From Hyaloraphidium curvatum SAG 235-1 (taxonomy: Eukaryota; Fungi; Monoblepharomycota), in the NCBI GenBank assembly GCA_025558095.1, contig JAIVFI010000002.1, forward strand, positions 558,001 to 622,000: DNA of 64,000 bases. Direction: 5' to 3'. This document shows, in pieces, positions 50,001 through 60,805 of this stretch (within the stretch, counting starts at the first letter, position 1; each line of letters begins with the position of its first letter). The notes under the pieces were generated by a model. It was not told the DNA's origin. It did not search any database and saw only the letters and a program-made list of their open reading frames with translations. A program made the position numbers and the translations under genes.

Positions 50001-50370
50001 ATCCGCTCCGTGTCGGACCCGACCTTCCCCAAGGGCCTCGATGCCGGTGCGCCGCGCGTGCTCAAAACCGACGGCGTCCTCGGCTTCTACGCCGGTCTCG
50101 GCCCCATCCTGCTCAAGCAGGTCCCCTATACGATGGCCAAGTTCGCCGTCCAGGGCAAGGCCGCCGAGGCGATCTACAAGTCTATGGGCACCACCCCCGA
50201 CAAATGCTCCCAGGGCACAACGTTTCGCTCGGCTCCGGTGTCGTTGCCGGTGTCGTTGCCGCCATCGTGTCGCATCCTGCCGATACCCTGTTGTCCAAGA
50301 TCAACAAGAAGGGCGCCGGCAGCGAGGGCTCGACCATGACCCGTCTTGGCCGCATCGCCAGGGACATTTC
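50001..50370 (+). pseudogene. Mitochondrial phosphate carrier (SLC25A3/Mir1-like) internal fragment
   Basis: GFYAGLGPILLKQVPYTMAKF, AAIVSHPADTLLSKINK. One frameshift, no introns, no gene ends. Confidence 0.85.
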
Positions 50371-50553
50371 TTCCCCACCCACCCGCACCTGATCAGTCTC
50401 CTGGTCTGTGGTTGTACCGGACAGTAGTGGTGTACTCCGCAGGCTGGAAGCAAAAGCACGGCGCGCAATCCCTTGGACTGTCCTAGATCGGTTCTTGTCG
50501 GTCCTTCCGGGTTTTTGCCAACTGGCCGCGCCATAGGATGCAGCATTACCCGA

Positions 50554-53244
50554 ATGCTGATGACATCCCGGCGTCTTCGGCGCTTGGTACGCCGCACACT
50601 GCTTTTCGCAGCCATAGTCACGACGGCATTGGGTGCGCACCGGCTTCTGACGCCGCGCGGCGGCCACGACGGCCACCCCAAACTCGACCGAGCCCCGAGC
50701 TTTACGCTGTGTGTAGCTGGTGCGGGGGCATCTGCTGGGGATGCCGAGCGTTTTTTGAGACTTTTTCCTGGCACGCCGGCCGCGTGGGCAATGACCGACG
50801 ACTTCCTGCAGCAAGGATTCAGCGTGACAGCGAAGCTGCCAGCACGCGGCCACATTGTGATCAGAGCTCCTAATAGCACGTGGAGTGCAGGCGTTCAGGC
50901 CAGTGTTGATACGATCCACAAGAATCTTGCGTGCGAGTACGTGCTTTTGACCGGCGGAGACGTCACTCTGTCCGTCAATGGCGCACCATCTGCATTACCC
51001 GATGCCGTCGGTCTAGAGCTCCTCGAACTTCTGCACGCAAACCCGGCCGCTGTAGGGTTCCCAATTGTTCAGGGACAAAATGGAACCAAACACGTTGCGT
51101 CTCGGGTTCTCGGCGGCGCCTTGGTGCTTCACAACTCGCTGTTGGACTTTTTCCTCCCTTTGAACTCCACCTCGGAAATGTTAATGGCATTGCAGCCCAT
51201 GTACACGAACGATGTGGTCCTGGCTGCGCGAGTAGACGCAATTCCCGTTCCTGGGATGGAAAAGGATGGCTTGCAGGAGAGAACGTCTACTGGGTCGCTC
51301 TGTTCCGCACTTCGGCGAATCGGGTCTGAAGCCGATGTGGACGCTGGTGATGCCTGCCGTCGACTTTGGCAATCCATTACCATGCCAGCCACAGCGGGTC
51401 CCCCAAGATTGCAAGGCTATACGTATGGAGATTTCCTCAAACGGCTGCTTCCGTTCTTTGACCCGCTACACCCATCAATTGCCTCCCATCCCTGGCTTGC
51501 CGCTCGATACCCGACATCCTCCTCGCTTGCTGCTCTGCGGACGGTCCACGCGAGTTTCTCTTTCTCTCTCATTGTTCTCGTTCGCGATCGGCTTCTCTCA
51601 TTGCGCCGTCTTCTTGGATCCTTGCTTGCGACAGACTACTCTCCGGCTCAGGGACAAGTGCACCTTGTTTTCCACGTCGACTACTCTCCCATTCAGCGCA
51701 AAATTCGTGCATTCCTGGATTCGCTTTCGTGGCCACACGGCACACTCACCGCGTTTTATCGGAGCACGCAGGCGGGGATCCGAAAGGCGCTAACAGAGGC
51801 CTGGACACCTTTGTCAGATGACGAATTTGCTGTCTTGCTTGAAGATGATGTCGAGGTGTCTCCTTCCTTTATGCACTGGGCAGTTCGAGCAGTGATGAAG
51901 TACTACTACTCGCGCACCGTTCCACTAGCAGAAGTGACTTTAGCTGCAATTGCTCTATATTCTCCAGGGTACTCAGAGGTCCACCACAGATCCTTCACAC
52001 CGCCGCCAAGTCCAGCGTACGCAATGCAAGTACCTTGTTCTTGGGGGGCGGTGTTTCTGCCACGAGCGTGGCGACGCTTCCAAGCATGGTTTGCCCATCA
52101 TTCGGAGGAGGATCCAGTGTTGCCCTACCACGAGGCCTCAGCTTGGTCTATGCACAAAAGCTGGAAGAAATACCACTGGAGATTCCTGGCAGAGAAGGGG
52201 CTAAGCGTGGTGTATCCAAATCTGGGCAGTAACGCAAGCTTTTCCACCAACCATGTTGAGCAGGGTACCAATCTTTTGAATGTTGCATCTGCCGAAAGAG
52301 CGAGGAAACTTTTGCGAGTCCCTCTTGCTCCAGGTAGTTGGCGACCTAGAAAGCTCCCGGCATGGGAGATGATACCATCACTTGACATTTACGAGGCGCC
52401 CATCGCGGGAGGACCGTCATCGAGACCGCCACATCCCAATTGGGACGCGCTCACGGGATACAATGTGCTCATCTCTTCGCGGGACGGAAATCTTACCGAG
52501 CTTGCAGGTTCCGTGCGTTACTGGATGGGCATCGGAGGCGTCCGGAACATTGTAGCGCGCGCATTTGGCATCACCGAGGGACCGTCGCTTTCCGTCTGCC
52601 CGGCAAAAGGTGCTGTTCCCTGCGACTTTCAACGTGTGAACAGTGCGCAGGACCTCTTGAGGCCCTTGGGCAACAGTCTCCACGTGTTTCTCGCCGATGC
52701 TTCAGTTGGCATCGCACCGAGAGACATGGATTGGGCGTTTTACACGCACCTCTTGTGGCCCAAAGTTGGGATCGGCTTTTCCTCGTGCGCTGCGGCTTTC
52801 AGATTGGGTCCCGGAAGGCACCCAACATTATACTTGGCACCGCCGGTTCCCCATCCCATGAAAGGGTTTTTCCCTGTAGCAGCACCCCGAGCGGCATTCG
52901 TGGCCCCGCAGGTGCTGGGAGCTTACTGGACGGACAAGTGGGGTCCAGCTCGAAATGCCATTGACGTTGAGGGCGGTGGGGAGGACTTTCTTTTGCTCGT
53001 TGTGAGAGCCGCACTGGGAGTGGGCTATGCGGGCGAGTTCAGGGACGTCCTTGTTGACGGGCCTGTGGAGGGGTGCACTCCAACGGCAAGGGAAGCTACA
53101 GTTGGACAAGGCCTCCTGAGCTGGGTTACAAAGGAGGTGAAGTGGGTGGTGGAGCAGGCAATACTGTTCCCAGATCCTTCAGATCCCGAGTGGCATGGAG
53201 TCCCCAGGGTTCCGAGAACTGTGGTTATGCCAGGAATGCGCTAG
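50554..53244 (+). CDS. Type II membrane glycosyltransferase: GT2-like (GT-A) domain + degenerate GT64/EXTL-like domain, intronless
   Basis: N-terminal TM; RLLSLRRLL.SL..DY, WPHG, VLLEDDVEVSP, QVPCSWGAVF, SWKKY, VYPN..SFSTNH; C-terminal WP..IGF..GEDF. Confidence 0.8.
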   Translation: MLMTSRRLRRLVRRTLLFAAIVTTALGAHRLLTPRGGHDGHPKLDRAPSFTLCVAGAGASAGDAERFLRLFPGTPAAWAMTDDFLQQGFSVTAKLPARGHIVIRAPNSTWSAGVQASVDTIHKNLACEYVLLTGGDVTLSVNGAPSALPDAVGLELLELLHANPAAVGFPIVQGQNGTKHVASRVLGGALVLHNSLLDFFLPLNSTSEMLMALQPMYTNDVVLAARVDAIPVPGMEKDGLQERTSTGSLCSALRRIGSEADVDAGDACRRLWQSITMPATAGPPRLQGYTYGDFLKRLLPFFDPLHPSIASHPWLAARYPTSSSLAALRTVHASFSFSLIVLVRDRLLSLRRLLGSLLATDYSPAQGQVHLVFHVDYSPIQRKIRAFLDSLSWPHGTLTAFYRSTQAGIRKALTEAWTPLSDDEFAVLLEDDVEVSPSFMHWAVRAVMKYYYSRTVPLAEVTLAAIALYSPGYSEVHHRSFTPPPSPAYAMQVPCSWGAVFLPRAWRRFQAWFAHHSEEDPVLPYHEASAWSMHKSWKKYHWRFLAEKGLSVVYPNLGSNASFSTNHVEQGTNLLNVASAERARKLLRVPLAPGSWRPRKLPAWEMIPSLDIYEAPIAGGPSSRPPHPNWDALTGYNVLISSRDGNLTELAGSVRYWMGIGGVRNIVARAFGITEGPSLSVCPAKGAVPCDFQRVNSAQDLLRPLGNSLHVFLADASVGIAPRDMDWAFYTHLLWPKVGIGFSSCAAAFRLGPGRHPTLYLAPPVPHPMKGFFPVAAPRAAFVAPQVLGAYWTDKWGPARNAIDVEGGGEDFLLLVVRAALGVGYAGEFRDVLVDGPVEGCTPTAREATVGQGLLSWVTKEVKWVVEQAILFPDPSDPEWHGVPRVPRTVVMPGMR

Positions 53245-53302
53245 CACATCGTTGTAATCGCCTCCTTGTGCGTGGGGTTCAAAACATGGAAGACGAACAG
53301 TG

Positions 53303-55729
53303 CTACTCAACCGCGACGCGAACAAACGATGCGGTCGCAGAGATCTCGTCGAGCAGTGCCGCACCCTCATCTTCCAGTTCTTCTGGGCTCGTTTCTACGC
53401 CGTCGAAAGTCACAAACCGGAGCTTCAAATGCTCCGGCTGTACCTGCAACCCCATCTGCAGCCGTGCCGTCAGCAGAGGCGTTTCTACGCCAGCATCGTT
53501 CAAAGTCCGCACGATGCTGTCGGTGAATGTGTATATCGACGCGCTAACAGCCGCGTCGGTAAGGTCGAGCACGACCGGGGTGCGACCTTGCTCGACCGTC
53601 ACGCTTATGCGGCCATCCAAAGGCGACAGACGGATGTGCGGCAGGGGAAGTGGCGCTGTGTCACCGAGCGAGTCAAGCTGTGCGACCGCGTCCAGCAGTG
53701 ACAGATCCGGAGGCGATGCCATCGGCTCTGCAGTCTCCGGCGGAGTATGCTCCTCAACGATCCCGTCCAGAACCGTCTCCACCGCCTTCTCAGCAGTTAC
53801 CTGCGCGCAACCTTCCCCTGGCTCCTCCTTAACCCGGATTGAGGCGACCGCTGTGATGTCATGTGTACTGCCTTCTCCCACACCCGCACCGGTTTCGGTC
53901 AGATCGACGGTCTCTGTCGACCCAGAAGCAGGGAGATAAGACGCAAAACGATCCATCCTGCCGGAAAACCTCCAGTAGAAGCGCCCAAGGCAGTCACGAG
54001 AGGGTATGCCGAGCTCCGTGTCCCGGATCTTTTGCCAACGCTGCTTTCCAAACGCAGAGGGAGTTCTCGCCCAAACCGGGCCCGTGAGCTTTCCATTCCT
54101 CAGCGCCCCTGAAGCAGTACTTCTAGCCTTGATGCTGGTGACCACAAGCACCTCCCCATTGGGCAACCGAATGGCTGAACCCTTGCGAATCGATTCGTGG
54201 CCCCATCGGAGCACGAGATCTTGGTCAATAACCGTGGAGCTGAACGAGGTAACATCGTCACCGGCGGCCTCTTTGGCTTTCTTCACCGCAGCAAGGTTCA
54301 CGAGCCGCCAAGGTTGTTGGCCGTCGAACGCGGCTAGGGCATCCCGATAACGGCGCCGTGCATCGTTTTCCGGAGGCCCAAAAAGAGAGCTGGTAACTGC
54401 TCCATCAATTGGGTCAGCCGGACCGTAGAGCGCCGGACGGATGCACCGTTCCGCATAGACAGGGAGCGTACTCTGACGAACGTCCTGTAGCTCCACGGCC
54501 CACGAAAGATCGGCCTTGTTGTGCTTTTTCAGAATGGCAGGCCACCACACGTGCTCGTCTGCACCGTCGTCCAGTGCATCAATGTCCAAAGGTTCCCATA
54601 TCGGTCCCGTGCAATCCACGACGCGTACGGGTACCCGGACGAAATCGCCGCGGTAAAACATGCTCGGAGAATCGAGGCCCATCTTTTCCCAAAGCTTTCG
54701 CGCCTTGCCGTGCGTTTTTGTCTTTCCAGCGTTCGGTGCGGGCTCCTCCGCGCGGTCACCTGTTGGGACCACGTCCTGTACTTTGATCTCGGTCCGAACG
54801 AGGCGTTTCGCTAGTGGAACATTGTCCTGGTCATCTTCATCTTCATCCATGGTTGCCGAATACGGAACCCGTTTGCGCTTCACCGGCTGCCCGCCTGCGT
54901 CACCTGCACCGGCAACGGAGTCGACAACCTCCCCGGCCCGGACGGGATCAGGTTCTCCCCGGGCAGGTTTTGGTGAGCGGCGCGCCGCCTTTGCTTCACG
55001 ATTTCTGAGTTCGCAAGACGCCACTGAAACTAACGGAGTAACTGCCTTGTCCTTGGCAGTAAGCTTCGGAACGACCGACCCGCTGGTACCCGGTGACGAG
55101 GAGCAGAGACGACACGGACACCGGCTGTCCCTGCCCGCCTTGCCGGTCGAGACGTCCTCGAGCCAGATTAGATGCGGAGCAAACTCTGCCGGGCTTCGAA
55201 AGCGAGCAGAGGGGCCATTGGGATGTCCGAATAAGTAGGGATCGCGCCGCACGTTGGGCAGGCCGCTGACGGAGTCGAGATGAACCGACTGCGGGTTACC
55301 ATTCCTGCCGACGGAAGTGAACAGCTGCGTGTACAGTGCGTAGCCCCGCGGCAGAGCTGAAAGTCGGGTGCCGTCGTCCGGTTTTTTCCGCGGGACATCG
55401 AGCGCGCCTTCCGCGGTTCGCACAGAGCGCGGGTCGGCCCTGTAACGCGCGAGCAACGAGCCGAGCTTCTCGAGCCAGCCGGCCAGCGCGTCGCCGTCGC
55501 CGCGCTGAAGTTCGTAGCAGTTCAGGCGTCCGTCCGGCGTGCCGCCGCGGGGCGTCTCGGAGCGCGGTGCGCTATCCGTGCCGTCGGAAAATGACGGCGG
55601 TACGACGAGCTTCGTTCCGGCGCTCATCTCGGTTGCCGGGCGAGTTGCGCGTGGGGAAGACCGTGATGGGCACGATCTCGGCGGGAGCTCCCCGCCTTCC
55701 GAGGGCAGGGAAGATCTCGGACCATTCAA
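53303..55729 (-). CDS. Clr2 (cryptic loci regulator 2)-like chromatin-silencing protein
   Basis: LPRGYALY..RRDPYLFGHPNG..FRSPAEFAPHLIWL..CPCRLC is the Clr2 N-terminal domain signature. Confidence 0.75.
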   Translation of the reverse strand: MNGPRSSLPSEGGELPPRSCPSRSSPRATRPATEMSAGTKLVVPPSFSDGTDSAPRSETPRGGTPDGRLNCYELQRGDGDALAGWLEKLGSLLARYRADPRSVRTAEGALDVPRKKPDDGTRLSALPRGYALYTQLFTSVGRNGNPQSVHLDSVSGLPNVRRDPYLFGHPNGPSARFRSPAEFAPHLIWLEDVSTGKAGRDSRCPCRLCSSSPGTSGSVVPKLTAKDKAVTPLVSVASCELRNREAKAARRSPKPARGEPDPVRAGEVVDSVAGAGDAGGQPVKRKRVPYSATMDEDEDDQDNVPLAKRLVRTEIKVQDVVPTGDRAEEPAPNAGKTKTHGKARKLWEKMGLDSPSMFYRGDFVRVPVRVVDCTGPIWEPLDIDALDDGADEHVWWPAILKKHNKADLSWAVELQDVRQSTLPVYAERCIRPALYGPADPIDGAVTSSLFGPPENDARRRYRDALAAFDGQQPWRLVNLAAVKKAKEAAGDDVTSFSSTVIDQDLVLRWGHESIRKGSAIRLPNGEVLVVTSIKARSTASGALRNGKLTGPVWARTPSAFGKQRWQKIRDTELGIPSRDCLGRFYWRFSGRMDRFASYLPASGSTETVDLTETGAGVGEGSTHDITAVASIRVKEEPGEGCAQVTAEKAVETVLDGIVEEHTPPETAEPMASPPDLSLLDAVAQLDSLGDTAPLPLPHIRLSPLDGRISVTVEQGRTPVVLDLTDAAVSASIYTFTDSIVRTLNDAGVETPLLTARLQMGLQVQPEHLKLRFVTFDGVETSPEELEDEGAALLDEISATASFVRVAVE

Positions 55730-55897
55730 TCACCCTCTCCATGAATGTACTTCCACTCTCTTAGGATCAGTTATCGTATCTACTGCGGCAGAGAGAGAGC
55801 TGAACAGCTAGCTTCCATGTCCGGACGAAGATCGATTGCGGGGGCGATCTGCATACAACCCTCAATCAATCTCCGAAGCCACCAACGCATCACGTTC

Positions 55898-56725
55898 TCA
55901 ATCCAAGTCCATCGACGTTTCCGCGACATCCATCCCGTCGTCATCGCCGGGCCAAGTCCTTGCAGGATTCTCCTCCAACCCCTCCCGAAGAGCGGTCGCG
56001 AACGTATCCATCGGACGATAAAGGATGAGCGCGCCTTCGTTGCTCGCCGGGCGTTGCCGCAAATCGGGCAGAAATGTAAGGGAGCGAGGAACGTCGGGGA
56101 GCACAACCCGGTTGGGGAGCACGGGCATGCCAGTCGCGGGGTCAGGTTGATAAGAGGGCGTCGAGGTCGGCGGGCTGTAAAGGATCAGAGCGTGGGACGG
56201 CGTCATTGGCAGCATGGAATCCGGGGGAGGTGGTGGCGCCGAGGGACGCGGCGGCGAGCCCCCCAGAAGCCGTTCTGCGCTGCCGTCCATGGGAAGCCCG
56301 TCGGCGCCGAACTCGTCCGTACTAAACTCTTCAGACTCGCAGTCATCGTCGAGTCCCGTCCAGTAGCTCGGTGCATCGTTGTCCGAGTCGAAGAACTGGG
56401 AATCGGAGTCGAGGAACTGGGCCGGAGCCCGCGGTGTGGGACTCGGAGCGGCGATCGGCGGGGCGGCGTGTGCGAGACGCGGAGCCGCTGGGTTTCCGGC
56501 GTCCGCGCGAACCCTTTTCGTCCGGTGCAATGGCGGTGCGCGGGAGGCAGAAGCGTTGTCGGGGGCGGCGACTTCGTCCAGCGAGCGCTTCAAAGGCCGC
56601 AGCTCAAAGGGCTCGGCCCGGCGGAAGCGTTTGCCGCCGGGCGCATCGGCATCGTCCGCCTCGCGCGCGTGCTTGTGGCCGCCGAATGCCGCCGTCCAGC
56701 GCGGGATGCTGGGCGCGGCGGTCAT
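55898..56725 (-). CDS. Hypothetical disordered protein
   Basis: 275-aa ATG ORF with host-like codon bias and repeated ALILY motifs. Confidence 0.55.
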   Translation of the reverse strand: MTAAPSIPRWTAAFGGHKHAREADDADAPGGKRFRRAEPFELRPLKRSLDEVAAPDNASASRAPPLHRTKRVRADAGNPAAPRLAHAAPPIAAPSPTPRAPAQFLDSDSQFFDSDNDAPSYWTGLDDDCESEEFSTDEFGADGLPMDGSAERLLGGSPPRPSAPPPPPDSMLPMTPSHALILYSPPTSTPSYQPDPATGMPVLPNRVVLPDVPRSLTFLPDLRQRPASNEGALILYRPMDTFATALREGLEENPARTWPGDDDGMDVAETSMDLD

Positions 56726-56844
56726 CGTGTGTGTGTTGGGGGAGAGAAGGCGGTGGAATGCCGGCGGACGGGGTGGGGCGCCTACGGGTGATCAATCACT
56801 GGTTGAGGGATCCGGGTGCCAAAATCCCCCTTAACGTATATTTT

Positions 56845-56918
56845 GGCCGTGTAGCTCAGAGGACTAGAGTATCTGACTTCGGATCAGAGGGTCGCAGGTT
56901 CGATCCCTGCCTCGGTCG
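56845..56918 (+). tRNA. tRNA-Arg(UCG)
   Basis: GGCCGTG acceptor stem; A-box TAGCTCAGAGG; anticodon arm TCTGA-CTTCGGA-TCAGA; T-arm GCAGG-TTCGATC-CCTGC. Confidence 0.95.
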
Positions 56919-59339
56919 AGTTTCCGCATCGCCGTGCAGGCGGACGCCCTTTTGTCTCGATCGGCCTCGGTTCCAGTCGTGCGGACGCCCTTTTGCCAGG
57001 GCGAGTCCGCATCCGTGCTCTGGCTGTACGTTCCAGCTGTATCCCTGACGCCTCCAAAACGGGCTAGCTGCGACGACTCTCGGCCGCCTCCCTCGGGATC
57101 ATGGGTCGGCAGGCTCGATCAGTTCGATCCGTACGCCTCCGTCGCTCCAGGTTGGACCGCTTTCGAGCGCTGGATGCATCTTACTGGATCGGCGTATCTG
57201 GGCAGCAGTGTGGTCCCCTAGTCTCGTGGCCCGCCATCCGCCAACGGTGCACGCCGCCATTCCGAAGCAGGTTCCGAGGAGAATTTCCTGCAGCAAACAA
57301 ATCCAGCCTCACGCAATCAATGGATCAATCAATCATGTGTTCGAACGCCCATTGATGCTGGCAGGCGCTGGACGAGTGCGACCGCCAGATAACATGGGAC
57401 TCCAAGTGCAGGAAGTGCCTACTAGGACTCCACTGCTTCCCATCCCCATCCGTCGCGGTCTTGGTTTCATTCGCTCCCGCACAAAATCTCCGACACCGCC
57501 CAATCGACACTCCTCATCCGCCGCTTCGGCTTCGGAGAGTCGGAGCCCGTCGAACCATGCTCCTCCTTCCCGCGACCGTCGCCGACTCGGATTGTCCAAT
57601 CTTTCGATGGCCAACGGCCCCCGAGCCCGGTGCAGAGCTTAATGCCATTTCGATTAACCTTAGTCACCCGGCCGAGGCGCGATTGGCCCAACAGCGGCGG
57701 TTAGGCAGGCTCCCTACCGCGGAGTCGGGCTCCGACGTTGCCAAGCACGGTCCTCGCGACCGACCGCTGCCAGCGTCGTCGATATGAACCAGGAGCATGA
57801 ACGGCATCATAATCAATCGTTTCTGGACACGGAGCGACCTTGTCGGCGAGATTCGCTCGAAGGTCTGAGCAACTCGCCGGCCCCCGTTCAGCCATGCGAT
57901 GAGTGTGCGCCCGGGTGACGGTGGTCGAACCGCCAGCGCAGCCGAACCGCCAGCGCAGGCCAAAAAGCAGCTTCAAATGATGTCAAGTCCTATGGCGTGG
58001 CCGTTTGAAAGTCTCGCCTGGCCCGTAGCGGCGCGTGGCCCGGCCTGGCGGGGCGCGAGGACGCGTCGCACCAAGGTCGCCCGAGCGCGCAAGTCGGCCC
58101 CAATCCTGGGGCCGGCAGCCGTTGCACCGGCTCGTGATCGGTGGTTCAGGCCCGCAGATGGCCAGCACCGCCGGATTGCGGGTGCAGGCGGGCGCGATTG
58201 CGGTCGGGTGTGTGCGATCGCGCGGCAATCGAGCGACGAGCTGCGAGGCCGACTCTCGCAGAGCCCGCCCGCGCTCCGCCGTCACCTCGCGCTAGAAAAC
58301 GGCGGGGACGCGTTTGGCGAACCGTAGCTCGTTTTCCAGCCCTCGACGCGGGCAGGGGAGGCGAAGGGGACCGCAGGCACGTGCAATGTCGCGCGGGACT
58401 GCCCTGCCCCTTGCGCCGCCGGTGGCAGGCTGCTTGCGCGCCAGAACGATGGTAGAAGAGCGGGATTCGGGCGGACCGGACGTCCTGCGGCCCGCTGCCG
58501 AGACCAAGGCGGCGAAGGATGCCCAGGAAGCCGCCCTCCGGGCCAAGGCGCTCGAGGTCGCCCGCGACGTCGCCGTCGCGCGGGGACTTCCCAAGGAAGC
58601 CGCGTATGCGGCGCAAACGATCAACTTCCTACGCGAACTGGTCAGGTCGTGCCCCAAGTGCGATCGGGAAAGGGATGATTGGGCCGTCTTGGTGGGTCTT
58701 GCCCTCTTCCATTAACCCGCTTGAGGTTCTGATCTTTTGCCGCGGCTCATAATGTGAGAAGGGTGCCTACGCTGACGTGAAGAGGGCGGCCGCTGGAGTG
58801 ATCGACGAGAGGACGACATCGAAGGAGCGCGCTCGGGCAATGAAGAGAAACGGGGTGGGTTTAGCCCGTTCAAATGCCGTTGACACTGATTCGGAGTTGG
58901 CTGCAGGAGGAGTGGGCTAAGACGGAAACGCGGAGGATGGGGAGGTGTGCGCACAGGGAGGCCCTGCGCATCATGCGCGTCTACCGAGCTATCGACGGTA
59001 GGTAGAGAGGCACGCCTCGGGCTTCCATGGAATCAACTTTTTCGCCCATCCCGTGCCGCTTTCTCCATCAGAGGAAAGCTGGTACGCGGGTCCCGCAACG
59101 CCTCAAGGTACGTGTGCGTTTGAACGGTGCACCTGAAGTTTCGATGATCGCCAACCTTCCACACGAGCAGCCACAGAACGAACCAGCCACGGCCCGCCTG
59201 CGCCTCCTACATCGGTCTCTGCAACCAAATCGGTGGCCCAGACCAGGATTGTGGACCAAGGCAAGCGTAACGTGGTGGTTCCACGATCAGGAAATGGGTG
59301 TTAAGCACGAACCATCATTTGCCCGTTCCTTAGCAGCGC

Positions 59340-59473
59340 AGCGCTCGCAGACCCCTCAGGATCGTACGCTCGACTCGGAATCGATGGATCACGAGGTTCT
59401 CCGCCTGCGCGGTGGTCGTGGCAAGCACCTCGGTGAGCATAACCCGATGATCTACTTCCCGGCATCTAGCTGA
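59340..59473 (+). pseudogene. Ubiquitin-like C-terminal remnant
   Basis: ..ESMDHEVLRLRGG followed by ..PMIYFP. Confidence 0.35.
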
Positions 59474-60805
59474 CGCGAAGACTCGGTCCCGCCAGGCTCG
59501 TTTGATCTGTCGGGATTTCGGACGACGACGCGGTTCGTTGCCCGATCATGTGCTTTTCCGCCTGATTCAATTGCTGATCCATGCCTACAAAGCCCTCAGC
59601 AGCTGCCGGACCAGCTTAGGAAACGAACGGTTCTCACCTGCATTACTCCCGCCGTGCAAAGCTGACTTGGAATCGCACGTTACTCCTCAGTTACCGTGAC
59701 CGATCTGACGCTCGACGACGATGTTGACGACGCAGCTGGTGTCGTCGCTGGCGGTGGGTTTGGTGTTGGCAACTGTTGCTTAAGGCCGGCTCTCAATTCG
59801 CCAACCATTGCAGACCGATCGCAGAACGCTTCGCCAAAAGGGACGGGAGCCGGTGTACCAATCGCAATCGGCTATTCGCCAGCTGGCCAGGTACAAATCG
59901 TGCTGTTGGTTCTCGCATGCTGACGGTTTGCTTACTACAGATGTTCGCCAGTCAAGCAGAAGGGAAACCCTCGGAACCCTCGGAACCCTCGGTCGGTTAC
60001 AGCTCCTTTCCAGTCCCTCGCCCCTCGCCGAGCATGCTAGGCGTAAGATCTTTACGTGCGTGCCGCAAGGCTCGCTATTAAGCTCGCCGTAATTCCCATT
60101 TCAGGCCGGCCGAGACAACGAATCTAGCGCAGCGTTCCCACGTCTCGGATTATGGCGTTCATCTAGGCCCCGGCGACGGAGCGCCTCCTGGCGGCTCCGC
60201 TGAACGTGGTGACGTTGGAGGTGGCAGGGCAACGTTGGATACTGTTGTCGGACACGTCTCCGTCAAGGCGCAGGAAGCTCATATCCCGGAAGCTCTGTAT
60301 CAGATCGGCTTTTGGAAGCTCTACAACGGGCGGCATCGAGTCCATCGCCTTTGTCAAGAAGGAGATTGCGATCAGAATCGGCCCCAAGTATGCCCACGCG
60401 CCGGCGAGCAAGGGGTGACAGCCCGCCACGTATCTCAAACTCGTCCTAGAAAAGGGCGTCTGGGCGGACAAGAACACGATGGTCAAGACCGGCGAGCTGC
60501 TCATCGTTCGCCCGTGCACCGGCGAGCGCGTTTATGGCGGCCTCACCGTCGACACCAAGAAGCGGAATGAGATGGCCCGCCACGGAGAGCTCCAGCGCTG
60601 GGCAACATGTCTTCGGAGGTCTGCCTGGGGCACGGACACCCTGATCACGAGGGCAGAGCCGTCGATTTGACTGGCATCGCAGTGCCGCAATCGTTGTCGA
60701 AGACAAGACCTTTGGGCGGACTCCGAGCTGAACTGGAAATTGGTTTTTCCCCAACAGGAAGCTCGACCAGCTCGAGCACGAGCGTTTTCCGCGAGAAAGA
60801 ATGAA

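Noticed and set aside
57000-60650. Assorted short ORFs
   Set aside because: No recognisable domains apart from a weak ubiquitin-like remnant; left unannotated.
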